64,000 nt of DNA from positions 22,510,850-22,574,849 of the forward strand of contig NC_068996.1 of assembly GCF_001194135.2 (NCBI RefSeq), in the 5' to 3' direction. The position numbers and the translations under genes were made by a program. Under the pieces are notes generated by a model. The model saw nothing but the letters and a program-made list of their open reading frames with translations, was not told the DNA's origin and ran no database searches. The stretch comes from Octopus bimaculoides (taxonomy: Eukaryota). Positions 25,591 through 38,120 of this stretch are shown in pieces (the stretch's first letter is position 1; every line of letters starts with the position of its first letter).

Positions 25591-26049
25591 ATAATAGCCA
25601 CTCACTCATTCAGTTGATTAACAAAATTTTCTCTCATTAAAAGGATTCAGTGTTACTATCATTGCAGTGTTTTCACTTGACATATACTTTGTTTACTACT
25701 ATAAATTCCACTTCTCTAAACTTTCGATTGTATTCTTCCCATATCTGTAACTGAACATAGCACTCACTTTTCATTTCCCATACCTAAAACCCACAAGTAT
25801 TGCGGGTTTTTTTTTCTGGGCATTACTAACTAGCTTCCTATCAAACTCTAACCTTTAACTTTTGAACCTCAGTAAACCTTTTCATTTTCCATTTTTCTAA
25901 TCTGAAAGGCCTTTATGGGAGTGAAAGAACAAAACCGGTCTCTAGAGACAATAAACTCTATAAAATAGACTAACAATGATAATGTATTTGATAGATAAAC
26001 TCAATATTTCTCACCTACATTCTAACAAATATTTTCTTTTCTTTTCCAG

Positions 26050-26222
26050 ACATTTGATCATCATTGTCCTTGGGTGAATAACTGTATTGGCAGAAGAAAT
26101 TACAGATATTTCTTTCTTTTTTTGATTTCATTGACAATTCATAAAATAAGTATATTTTCTTTATGTTTATTATATGTATTAGATCATAAAAAAGAGTTAG
26201 CCCAAGCTGGAAGTATTGTTGC
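26050..26222 (+). CDS. ZDHHC8: ZDHHC5/8 exon containing the catalytic DHHC motif and TM3 (missing from the ORF track)
   Basis: Acceptor ttttcttttccAG|. Translates [57 protein letters not shown](A). Phase 0 start fits the previous exon; ends phase 2 at GC|GTATCCTTT. Confidence 0.97.
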
Positions 26223-26881
26223 GTATCCTTTTCTGGAAAAAATATTGCATTAATGAAAATTGTGCTTTTAATGTAACATAATGTATGTCTTTTGAATTTT
26301 GATATCTTGATTTTTAAAATAATTGCGCCACTAAAAGAGCTGATTTTAGGAGGAACTTGTGGATGTGAAAGACTGTTTCAAAAGAGTCCTGTTCAACCCA
26401 TGCCAGCATGGAAAAGCAATAGATGATAGCAACATTCTTAGCAGAAATAGAGCAAGCATTATTATCATAATCATTACTTTCTTCTTTGGTTTAACATAAA
26501 CTTTTTTTTCTTTGTATTGCTTAGGTAAGGCAGAGATATGCATGAAATTTTGTGATTTCATGCACAATGCACTGTCAAACCATACACCTACTATTTTTGT
26601 CATAAGAAAAAAGTATTATCAATAGTATATGCAAAAATTACCTGTTTCAGTGAATGTTTAATGTCGAGGTAGATGCACACTGAGAATTTCTGACAAATTT
26701 TGGAGGGTTTGTAGAAGCCATAAGCATTGTTCCTTCAAACTCAATAAATCTATAAATAAACCATATATACTTTCTCTCCAGTCCCTTTTTTAAAATTCAC
26801 AAATTTTACTCTTATATCAGCTGGTGTCTAATGTCCAGGCATTCTCTCAGTCCACCTCTTCTCCACTTTCTACATAACTTC

Positions 26882-26921
<40 letters not shown>

Positions 26922-27624
26922 NNNNNNNNNNNNNNNNNNNNNNNNNNNNNNNNNNNNNNNNNNNNNNNNNNNNNNNNNNNNNNNNNNNNNNNNNNNNNNN
27001 NNNNNNNNNNNNNNNNNNNNNNNNNNNNNNNNNNNNNNNNNNNNNNNNNNNNNNNNNNNNNNNNNNNNNNNNNNNNNNNNNNNNNNNNNNNNNNNNNNNN
27101 NNNNNNNNNNNNNNNNNNNNNNNNNNNNNNNNNNNNNNNNNNNNNNNNNNNNNNNNNNNNNNNNNNNNNNNNNNNNNNNNNNNNNNNNNNNNNNNNNNNN
27201 NNNNNNNNNNNNNNNNNNNNNNNNNNNNNNNNNNNNNNNNNNNNNNNNNNNNNNNNNNNNNNNNNNNNNNNNNNNNNNNNNNNNNNNNNNNNNNNNNNNN
27301 NNNNNNNNNNNNNNNNNNNNNNNNNNNNNNNNNNNNNNNNNNNNNNNNNNNNNNNNNNNNNNNNNNNNNNNNNNNNNNNNNNNNNNNNNNNNNNNNNNNN
27401 NNNNNNNNNNNNNNNNNNNNNNNNNNNNNNNNNNNNNNNNNNNNNNNNNNNNNNNNNNNNNNNNNNNNNNNNNNNNNNNNNNNNNNNNNNNNNNNNNNNN
27501 NNNNNNNNNNNNNNNNNNNNNNNNNNNNNNNNNNNNNNNNNNNNNNNNNNNNNNNNNNNNNNNNNNNNNNNNNNNNNNNNNNNNNNNNNNNNNNNNNNNN
27601 NNNNNNNNNNNNNNNNNNNNNNNN

Positions 27625-27655
<31 letters not shown>

Positions 27656-27949
27656 GAAGTTATGTAGAAAGTGGAAAAGAGGTGCACACACATACACAAG
27701 TGAGTGAATAAATGAAAGAAGGGCACTCAACACATTTATTGGGAGTTACATATATGGATCAAAACAGTTTGATTCAAATTCATTGGTACTTAAAGTTTCA
27801 AAGCATGATGCTTATCCTTAGTCACTGGAAATTTGAATTTTCCCAATGGCTGAGGATAAACATCACACTTTGAAACTTTGAGTACCAAGGAATTTTAATC
27901 AAACTGTTTTGATTCATTTATATATCTATATCTATATATATAATGTATA

Positions 27950-28125
27950 TATCATCATTTAATGTCCGTTTTCCATGGTGGCATGGTTTGAATGGTTTAA
28001 TAGGGTCTGGCTGCATGAAGCTCCAATATCAGCTTTGGCGTTTCTATTGCTGGATGCCCTTTCTAATGCCAACTACTTGCTTTTTCCATACCACTGGCAC
28101 TAGTGAGGTTGCCAAATAATTAGTA
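27950..28125 (-). mobile_element. Old element with RTE-like 3' tail
   Basis: atcatcatttaatgtccgttttccatgg..ggatgccctttctaatgccaac. Confidence 0.6.
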
Positions 28126-28363
28126 AGATGTGTGTATATATACACACACACTCACACACCTCTTGTCTCTTCATCCTCCACAGATTTTCCACACTCAGCA
28201 TACCATGTCTCATTACCATGTTGCATCACAATTCTTTAACTTAGTTCATAGGACATTTTATACACAAAAAAAAAGAGAAATTCTGTTACAAACTTCTACC
28301 TTTTCTTTACTCTAGCTACTATATAATAGTAACCGTTCATTAAAATTGTCTCATAGTAAACAG

Positions 28364-28377
28364 GTTACCATGGTAAC
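28364..28377. promoter_or_regulatory. Perfect palindromic RFX X-box motif (GTTACCATGGTAAC) inside the U12 intron
   Basis: Exact match to the GTNRCC-N(0-3)-RGYAAC consensus; function untested. Confidence 0.4.
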
Positions 28378-29475
28378 AGATTATGACCTCCCTTAATTAA
28401 GTGGGTGTCTATACTGCTAACTACATCTATTTACATTTGTTTCCTCGCCCAGCAAGAGATCCTACTCTAGCTTTTAGTGTACCTTTTGCTCATAAGGATA
28501 AGTTATAGTGAGTCTTTCTTTTATCCCATTTATAAATATCTATGAGGACCACTTCACAGTTAGTGAAATTTAATGTTTTCACTTTGTCTCTAGCAAACAT
28601 TTCTAGCTTTGGAAAATTTTCTGTAGATCCTTGGTAAATTACATTGAGAACCAGTTCATTGGTATATAAATAAGTGTTCAAAGACAGCATGTTCTTAACT
28701 CCTGTATTATTGCCCCATTCTCATTGTTTGTAGCCCATAATAGCTATGTTCATTCATAAAATCTCTAGAAAATACTGTAAACTAAATTCATGTCACTGAA
28801 ATTAATATTCGTTTTAGTTATAACCTGTAATCAGATTATAGTCAAAACAAACAATGAAATAGATTCTTAGATAACATTGTTATTTGTAAAAATATTTACA
28901 TTGATTCTTATATAACGTTTTTATTAGTAAAACTGTTTACACTGATGTTTGTTTGGCTGCTTATAGTGTGTCATTTCCTCATAACTGTTAACATTATCCA
29001 CAAAAAAAAAAAATGAAAATGAGTGTTCCAGAAGTTTTGAGCTTGACTGTAAAATAAAAATGAAATGTATTCTTTTGTTGCTGTTATGTGTTTTAAATTT
29101 GTTGTCAGGTTCAAAACTGTTGGAACATCTGTGTGTGTGTATTCAAAGCTAAGCTAAACAAAGATTTCATTTTAGTACCTAGCCTAATCCTAGATTAAAA
29201 TAATTCACCTGAAGACAAGTGAATTTAGCGTATCAAAATCTGTTTGCATTGATTGTAAAGAAAATATTTAACAATTAATTAAACATCAGTATTAACATTT
29301 CATATTAAAAACAATCATGAGTTATTATTTTCTTAAAATATTTCATGGATACTGTATAAAGTATGCTTTTAAGCTTACTTTTTTCCTTCCAAAAAATGCA
29401 CCTTGTGTACATATATGTGTGTGTGAATGTATATATACATATGTATGAAATTGATTTTTCCTTAACCACATTCAG

Positions 29476-29578
29476 TTTTATTGTAATGGTTATTATTGGT
29501 ATATTAATTATTCCGGTTGCTGGTCTTACTGGTTTCCATACAGTTCTGGTTGCTAGGGGAAGAACAACTAATGAGCAA
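29476..29578 (+). CDS. ZDHHC8: ZDHHC5/8 exon: TM4 and TTxE motif
   Basis: (A)[34 protein letters not shown], matching family [20 protein letters not shown]; donor CAA|gtaagt, phase 0. Confidence 0.97.
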
Positions 29579-29689
29579 GTAAGTGTTTTTTTTTTTGTAT
29601 TTTATTTGTTTTGACCTTTGTAATTTTTAAATTGGATGTTAACATTATTTTGCTCAGTGCTACACTCATCATTATCATTTAACATCCAT

Positions 29690-29900
29690 TTTCCATGCTG
29701 ACATGGATTGGATAGTTTAGCAGGAACAGGAAAGTCAAAAGATTACAAGCAACTCTGGTGTTCATTTTGGCATGGCTTCTATGGCTAGATGCCCTTCCTA
29801 ATGCTAACCACTGGGTGCTTTTTACATGACAGTAGCAGCAGTGAAGTCACCAAATAATTTGCAGGAAGTGCTCCTAAGGGCAACCTGTTTTAACTTGCTC
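29690..29900 (-). mobile_element. Old element with RTE-like 3' tail
   Basis: catttaacatccattttccatgctgacatgg..gatgcccttcctaatgctaaccac. Confidence 0.65.
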
Positions 29901-30166
29901 AGTTATGGCCTAGAGAACTATGATAAATGAGAGGGATCTGAGAACCAATGCTTGGTGAACTCCTACCTGCACATTAAATTAGTCTCTGTGCTAAATACTG
30001 ACTTTAACATTATTAACAGCATTCCTGTACATTGCTTGGACAGCTCTCACCAACCACTCGTCTACCCACTAGCTTCTGCATGGACCACCAGAGTGAGGGA
30101 CTCTGTCAAGGTTTTCTCTATGTCAACAGTAGTTTATTGTTTGCTAAGTAGTTTATTGTTTGCTAT

Positions 30167-30512
30167 AGGCGTAGGAGTGGCTGTGTGGTAAGTAGCTTGC
30201 TTACCAACCACATGGTTCCGGGTTCAGTCCCACTACGTGGCACCTTGGGCAAGTGTCTTCTACTATAGCCTCGGGCCGACCAAAGCCTTGTGAGTGGATT
30301 TGGTAGACGGAAACTGAAAGAAGTCCGTCGTATATATGTGTATATATGTATGTGTGTGTATATGTTTGCGTGTCTGTGTTTGTCCCCCCAACATCGCTTG
30401 ACAACCGATTCTGGTGTGTTTACGTCCCCGTAACTTAGCGGTTCGGCAAAAGAGACGATAGAATAAGTACTAGGCTTACAAAGAATAAGTCCTGGGGTCG
30501 ATTTGCTCGACT
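30167..30512 (+). mobile_element. Young full-head tRNA-derived SINE, family A (runs into a gap)
   Basis: aggcgtaggagtggctgtgtggtaag..ggttccgggttcagtccc..; near-identical to 7669-8023. Confidence 0.92.
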
Positions 30513-31270
30513 NNNNNNNNNNNNNNNNNNNNNNNNNNNNNNNNNNNNNNNNNNNNNNNNNNNNNNNNNNNNNNNNNNNNNNNNNNNNNNNNNNNNNNNN
30601 NNNNNNNNNNNNNNNNNNNNNNNNNNNNNNNNNNNNNNNNNNNNNNNNNNNNNNNNNNNNNNNNNNNNNNNNNNNNNNNNNNNNNNNNNNNNNNNNNNNN
30701 NNNNNNNNNNNNNNNNNNNNNNNNNNNNNNNNNNNNNNNNNNNNNNNNNNNNNNNNNNNNNNNNNNNNNNNNNNNNNNNNNNNNNNNNNNNNNNNNNNNN
30801 NNNNNNNNNNNNNNNNNNNNNNNNNNNNNNNNNNNNNNNNNNNNNNNNNNNNNNNNNNNNNNNNNNNNNNNNNNNNNNNNNNNNNNNNNNNNNNNNNNNN
30901 NNNNNNNNNNNNNNNNNNNNNNNNNNNNNNNNNNNNNNNNNNNNNNNNNNNNNNNNNNNNNNNNNNNNNNNNNNNNNNNNNNNNNNNNNNNNNNNNNNNN
31001 NNNNNNNNNNNNNNNNNNNNNNNNNNNNNNNNNNNNNNNNNNNNNNNNNNNNNNNNNNNNNNNNNNNNNNNNNNNNNNNNNNNNNNNNNNNNNNNNNNNN
31101 NNNNNNNNNNNNNNNNNNNNNNNNNNNNNNNNNNNNNNNNNNNNNNNNNNNNNNNNNNNNNNNNNNNNNNNNNNNNNNNNNNNNNNNNNNNNNNNNNNNN
31201 NNNNNNNNNNNNNNNNNNNNNNNNNNNNNNNNNNNNNNNNNNNNNNNNNNNNNNNNNNNNNNNNNNNNNN

Positions 31271-31304
<34 letters not shown>

Positions 31305-31622
31305 GACAAATGTACAATATCTTCCTGAAGAGAATAAAGAAGGATCGGCCAGACTAGTTTCAATCCTGCACTGGTAATTTATCAGTATAAATTACTGAGT
31401 TACTTAAGCACTTAATAATAGTGGGTTTATAAGCAATGTTTACATGGATAGTTAAAATAGTTACTCAGTTGCTAATGAAGTCCTAATTCAAAATAGAAAC
31501 AAATCTGGTTGATCTCTCTTTTTTTTTTTTTTTGAGATCTATCTATTACATAGTGTGTTGGCTGAAATGTATAGATATATTCTTTCGTATAATACAGTTT
31601 TATAATCTTTAATGATTTAAAT

Positions 31623-31700
31623 AATTATTTTTATATGATTTTTTTAAAAATTATTTTTATATGATTTTAAAAAAATTATTTTTATATGATTTTTAAAAAT
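31623..31700. repeat. Approximately 28-bp AT-rich tandem repeat x3
   Basis: aattatttttatatgattttt(t)aaa repeated three times. Confidence 0.8.
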
Positions 31701-33289
31701 CATTTTTAATTTATAAAAAAAATTATACAATAAAATTCTTTCACATACAACAAAGTTCACGCTCACACTGATAAAAGTGATAAAAACTTAACTCCTGCCA
31801 TGTTGCACATCATTATGCTACTAAGTTAGAATATTACACTACTTGACTCAAGGCCATTTTATCTGCAAGTCAGCCTGTAATATTTTAGGAAATTAATCTA
31901 GATATTTGAAGCATTTAGTCTAATTCAAGCCTAACAACAAATAATAGAGACTGTAATTGAAAAACAATATAAAAAGATTTTAAAAGAAAATATAGCATAT
32001 TAAAATAAACTAAAAATGTGAAATAAACAATGCCTCTATTATGAAAGATAGTGTATATGCATGTTTGTTTCTGTATTCTGGATATGCTTTGTTTTTAATT
32101 GTCTTATAAAACCTGGCATGAAGCTAATGTTTGAAACTATGATGAGTTAATATGAATTAATATTGTATCATGAGGGACAGAATTACTTCTTTTTCTTTCT
32201 TCCTCTCTCTAACATTGTTTGTAACTAGTTTTAATAGCTTCTTTAGCAATAATGTTTTAAAAATAAATATGCTACCTGTCCTATAATGTTTGTAGAGAAT
32301 ATCAAAAAAGATGTAATTCAGAAGGTAATTGAAAGAGAAGATTGTGGCTTGAAGTACTTATAATGACAGTAATATGAAATGAGGAAATATTGTGAACTGG
32401 TAGGAGGAATTGGACATTATGAGGGTGTTGGTGAATAAGAGATTAACAAAAGATATGAATTGCTTTAGTTCTTTGGATATGTGACACACTGAGAATCTTG
32501 TACTGTACATATTGATGCATTGAATGAAGACAAAGTAAACTTTAAAACTTAGTATTGGTAGGATATAATTTGATCCCCAAATTGGTTAACTCAATGAAAA
32601 CAAATGTTTGAAATCAATTCTCATGATATTAAGTAAATAGAACAGAGATGAATTTGATTTGATTTCTATAATTTACCATCCTGCCAAAATAGATTTTAAA
32701 ATTGAAGAAGTCATTTGGCCATTTAAAATAGTATTTTTGTTGTTTTTTTGTTTTTTTTCATAATTTAAAAACAAAATTTCAAAGATATTTGTGTCTCCTG
32801 CAGTGATTCTCAATTCTTTTGACTTTATGATTCACTGGAAATGAAATTTTTAAAAAATGAAAATTTCATCCCTGTTTTGAAGTTGAAAATATAGAAAGCT
32901 GTTGAATATGTCATTCATTACAAACTAATAAAGAACAAGTTTTGCAAATCACTCATGCATGAAAATGAATTGTTCTTGACACGAATTTCATTTAAAAAAA
33001 TCTTCAACATACCTACATCTAAATATTCTTGGTGGAGCACCAGTTACCATTTTGATACCCACTCATTATAAAGTATTTCACCATACTTTTGCTTCTTTGT
33101 ATTTGATAAAATCACTTAGCGAAAAGATTTTGAAGTCTTGTAAAGAATGATATATATAAAATATTGATTGCATTTACAAAATTCTTTGAAATTTTAAATG
33201 TTCTGAAAGATATTAATGTATTTCATTTTTTTTCATGAATTTATCCAGAAATAAGCATTATTGTATCATAATACATTTATTTTTAACAG

Positions 33290-33381
33290 GTGACTGGAAA
33301 ATTTAGGGGTAGCCAAAATCCATTTACACGTGGTTGCTGTAAAAATTGCAAATATGCTCTTTGTGGTCCACAATGGCCAAG
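33290..33381 (+). CDS. ZDHHC8: ZDHHC5/8 exon: PaCCT-type region with C-terminal cysteines (missing from the ORF track)
   Basis: Acceptor tttttaacAG|. [30 protein letters not shown](R) matches family VTGKFRGG.NPFT.GCC.N....LC; donor AG|gtaata, phase 2. Confidence 0.96.
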
Positions 33382-33489
33382 GTAATAAAAAAACATGTCT
33401 TCTTAGATCTACTTTTGTTTTGCTGTATTCCAATGTTTTCCCTCTCCCCCCTCTCTCTCTCACTCACTCACATGCATGCACACTTACCA

Positions 33490-34460
33490 TTACCATCATC
33501 ATTTAACATCTAACTTTCATGCTGACATGAAATGGATAGTTCTCCAAGACCCAACAAGTCAGAGAACTGTCCTATCCCATTGTCTGCTTTGGCATGGTTT
33601 CTGTGGCTGAATGCTCTTCTTAAACTCAACCACTTTACAGAGAGCAATGAAGACTTTTTTGTGACACTACCACCAGTGAACCTATCTTGTAACTTACAAA
33701 ACTAAATATAACCCTTGACTAAATGGGGGTTCAGTAAAGAAAGGAGCAACTTTGTGCTGGTATTGAGTGGTTAAAACATGAAACAAGAGATAAAAACAGG
33801 TTTGTTACAGTAGAGGAAATACATGGCTACCTCACATTTTATAAAGGAGGGTGGGAGCAGTTGGAGTGAAACTCAAAAGGGAGAGATAATTATGATAGGT
33901 GTTAGAGTGAACCCTCAAAGTTCAAGGAAGTGAATAGAAAAGAGAGAGGGGACAGATCACTGGGTAGGATGGGTGAGTAGATGTTGCGTGAGTGTATGAA
34001 AATGAAAGTCAGGTGTAGGGTGACTGTTGTGAACAAGGAACAAGGGTAGTGGGGTGGTTGATGATAAATATGAGTTGAAATTAAGTTAGGGAAGAGGAGG
34101 TGATAACTTGTTCAGAAAGGGTGCAAAGCTGCAGAATGGTAATACAGGAAAAGATGAGAAAGGGAAATGATGGTTTGGTTGCAAGAATGTGGGGAGAATG
34201 AGAGACATAAAAGTGGAGAGGAAGGTGGTCAGGGATACATAGGGGCCAGTAAACTGGTAGTGGTTGAGGGGGAAGGTGAGATAACTTGATAGCACAAACA
34301 CACACATGCAGGTAGGAAGCACAACTATACATACATGCAGGTTGGGCTGATTAATTGTAATAGCCAAGGGAACATATTGTGTAGTCTTTAGAGATGGTGG
34401 TTGGTGCAAGTGGAAAAGATAACAGGTGTGGAAAGATACAGAATAAACACTGTTATCTCC
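33490..34460 (-). mobile_element. Old retroelement: RTE-like tail plus body and purine-rich tract on the + strand
   Basis: Tail catcatcatttaacatctaactttcatgctg; body motif tagagga(a/g)atacatgg shared with 57745-58560; GA-rich continuation. Confidence 0.5.
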
Positions 34461-37087
34461 CATAAAATTACAGGGAGCATACTAATTTCAGACAGTATGA
34501 CTTTTAGAAGTGAAACAATACAAAATTATCAACTGAATTTACAAAAATGTTGAAAAAGTCATTTCAGCAAGCAAAATTGTTTGAGAGATTTCAGTTTTCA
34601 AAACAGCTCCTCTTGAAATAGTTTAATTGGTTACTCTCTAAATCTTCCCCTTTTATTTATTTATTTATTGTAATATTTCAGAATCTTGAAGATTAAAAAG
34701 CAAAATAGCAATAGTAGTGAATAGTTGTCCAGTTATAATTACTATATCAAAATCTAAGATCTCTCTTTGGAGTAGGTAGATTTGATAAATTTCAGCTATC
34801 ATCAGTTTTTATTGGGTAGTCAATGAATGCTTGTTTCCATTAAAATATTTTTCAAGCAACAAATTATGAACCATTTGAAGGAATAACAATTTACCAATGA
34901 TCCTCCAATGATAATATGTCATTTTTATATAAAATTCCTTTGGTTTAGTGGTTACAAATTCAATGGAAGAATTATTTATGCCTTTCTCAAACTTCATTAT
35001 TGATATCCATATTTCTAGACCTAAACCTGCTAAGCCAACACTCAATAAACCAAACTGTTACAGAGTCCTCTCCAAATTTTATTGACGATGCAGTAGTATT
35101 AAGGGCTAATTTAAATTCAGACTTGAAAAGTTCATGAGAAGGCATTGTTACTGTTTGGAGCTCTAAAATTTCCAGTATTAATAATTGCTGCTTCAGTTAA
35201 ATTGAATCTGAAGAAAAGAAAAATTACCATCACATTAGTAATCTTTGATAATTAGTATTATTTGTCACAGTAAAAGAGAAAAATGAAAAAGAAAAACACA
35301 TGCCTAACAATCTGATGTTAGAGCTTTCAGGGTAGACTTGAAGCCATCTAATTACCATCTAATCTTGTGTAATGCAGAAAACTATATAGACTAGAAAAAT
35401 ATATTCAAATGTAAAGACATAAAAGCATTGTTTTTCTTTAAAAAAATAAGCCATTCAGAGTGGAAAACCATCCCTTTTCTACCCTATTTCACAGTAATGT
35501 AATTTTAGCATTAGTTGGTTGCTAATCTGTGATAATTTATTAGTTTCTGCTATTGACTACTTCCATCACTATCTTGAGAACAATTTTTTTAATAATTTAT
35601 CTCTGTAAAATCTGAAGATTCTTAGTAAATAGATTTTATCTATCATAACTGTTTATCAATCATTGTTTTTGGTGTTTGACATTTGTATTTATTGATTAGC
35701 TAAAGATATATCAGATAATGATAAATTGTGTTTGTGTTGTAATGTTTTTAAAGAATAGTGTAATTTTAATTTTTCCTTTTTTTTCTTTCAGAATTAAGTC
35801 TATGTATATTTAGAAGTTTAAAAATAAATTGTTCATCATTAGCTAATTAGATTTGGCTATATTTATAGCTCTTTTCACTTTATTGGTCCTTGTATGACTG
35901 CATTTTTTAATTGAATGACTTAATGCTTCACTTTATATTGTATATTGTTTTGTAAAGCAATACTATTACAGCTATCAATAAATCCCATTTAGTTTATTAA
36001 ATTTTCAAAGGGATCAACATGCTATGACTGATTGTTTAATAAAATAACTTTCTTCAAAACTTCTATTATGTAGCAATAACTAATATTATTGTGAGAATAA
36101 AACTGATTACTTGAATTTTCATCTTTCACAAATTCAAATTATTTTTAATAGTAACTAATCAGCAAAGTATATCAAAATTATTTTGTAAATTGTATTTGCT
36201 TAATATTTTATTCAATTAAATAGAATTCAAATAAAGTTTCAATATATCATTCATGAAAATTAATCTAGATATGAGTTTCTTTCCATATACATAATGTAAT
36301 GCTGTATCTTTTTCATAGAATTAAGTTATATAAATTTTTGTACTACAACTAAGTTGTGTACATTTTTGTAAGCTAAACTTTCAATAGTAGTAGTAGTAAT
36401 ATCCATGTTCATGGATATTGTCAGTTATTTACTAAATTTTTTCATCCATTCATTAAAAAATGTATTGCTTTTTTTCATTATCTAATATTTGTAGCATTTA
36501 TATAGTTCTTTAGGATGATGAAACTGACAGTGATAGTAGTGTAGCTAATTTTTTGCTTTACTGATTTTAATGCATTTTTTTAAGGGAGCAGTAACTATTT
36601 TGTAATGTCAAAAACCTCTAAATTTATGTAATAAATCAATGTATTATAAAAATCAATTGCAATGCAGAGATCAAATGTTAGATATCAAACATAACAATAA
36701 CAAATTATTGAAATGTTACCTTAGAATATTTAATTAGTCCTAATATTTCATGTTAAAATGCTCCTTTTTCAGAGCTATAAAGAATGAGAGATAAATTACA
36801 TGCCCATTTTCTATGTGTATGGGTACATTGAATTGAAAACCACCCAAACTATATTCTAATTTTCCTTTCATTATATTCAAGTCTATATCTAAATTTAATT
36901 ATCATTATTCAGAGGATGTTAATATAGTTTTGTTATGTGCTGTGTAACCTGACTGAAAATAGTTGTATGGGAATAATGAAATTTTATTTACATTTCTAAA
37001 TGGGTAAAATTATCTTTACAGACAATCAGCTGTGGAAGTGATGTCTGGTCCTAACAATTAGTCAATTTTAAATTTACAAGAACTTAA

Positions 37088-37342
37088 TATCATCATCATC
37101 ATCGTTTAATGTCCGCTTTCCATGCTAGCATGGGTTGGACGATTTGACTGAGGACTGGTGAAACCAGATGGCTACACCAGGCTCCAATCTCATTTGGCAG
37201 AGTTTCTACAGCTGGATGCCCTTCCTAATGCCAACCACTGCGAGAGTGTAGTGGGTGCTTTTACGTGTCACCCGCACGAAGGCCAGTCAGGCGGTACTGG
37301 CAACGGCCACGCTCAAAATGGTGTATTTTATGTGCCACCCGC
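37088..37342 (-). mobile_element. Young RTE-LINE 3'-end fragment
   Basis: catcatcatcgtttaatgtccgctttccatgctagcatgggttggacg..; near-identical to 18950-19213. Confidence 0.85.
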
Positions 37343-37937
37343 ATTTTGCTGTGCAATTAAGAAGTGTTTAATAACAGTGTAAATGCTTACAAAAGAACAC
37401 TTTTATCATGTTTGTTGCATCTGCACAGATGTCATGATTGAGATAGAATAATTTTCTTCCACTTCATAAGTTGGTTTTAGATAAATTTAAAAGTGCTTGT
37501 TATGCCAGTTTTTTTTTTTCTTTTAATTTTTTTTTTTACTTAAAGACAAATTTACTTAGTGTTCTCATCTCAGTTTGTATACAGATAAAAATTCATAACA
37601 TCTTGTATATTTTATAGTACCTTTATAACTTCTAAAGTTTATGGAAAGTATTATTCTCTGATTACATTTAAATATTTAAGGTAACCTTATCAAATATTTA
37701 TGATTTAAAGATTATTCTGAATAAATATTTGATGATATTAGAAGATATAAGTTTTAAGAATATGTCAGAAGAAACTCTCACTTATACACACACACTGAGG
37801 AAAATCTATTTTAATACTGCATCTCCTGCAACTAGTCTATCATTTATGAATGCATGCAATAAAAGTGTCATCTTCGATATTTTTGAATGTTTTAGGAGTT
37901 CTTATATTTATCTATGTTATATTTGTCTATTTTTCAG

Positions 37938-38076
37938 GCTTGTTTCATATAAACCAAGAACAAAAACTGTCCAATTTGAATCCTCAAGAGTAACTTATGT
38001 TGCTGCTGATAAAGATGTTAAAATATTCATGGACAACAGTAATGGAATAAAACATGACAATACATCTAATCACAGG
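37938..38076 (+). CDS. ZDHHC8: ZDHHC5/8 exon: start of the cytoplasmic tail
   Basis: Acceptor ctatttttcAG|; one base completes AG+G = Arg; LVSYKPRTKTVQFESSRVTYVAADKDVKIFMDNSNGIKHDNTSNHR; donor AGG|gtaaaa, phase 0, matching the next exon. Confidence 0.85.
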
Positions 38077-38120
38077 GTAAAATTCATTTGAGATTTATCA
38101 ATTTATGTTTTGAATATATA

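Larger units (their letters stand above)
26223..29475 (+). other. U12-type (minor spliceosome) GT-AG intron, 3253 bp as assembled
   Basis: 5' splice site GTATCCTTTT at 26223; branch motif TTTTTCCTTAAC at 29455-29466; 3' CAG ends at 29475 with no polypyrimidine tract after the branch; splicing restores the reading frame (GC+T = Ala). Confidence 0.93.
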
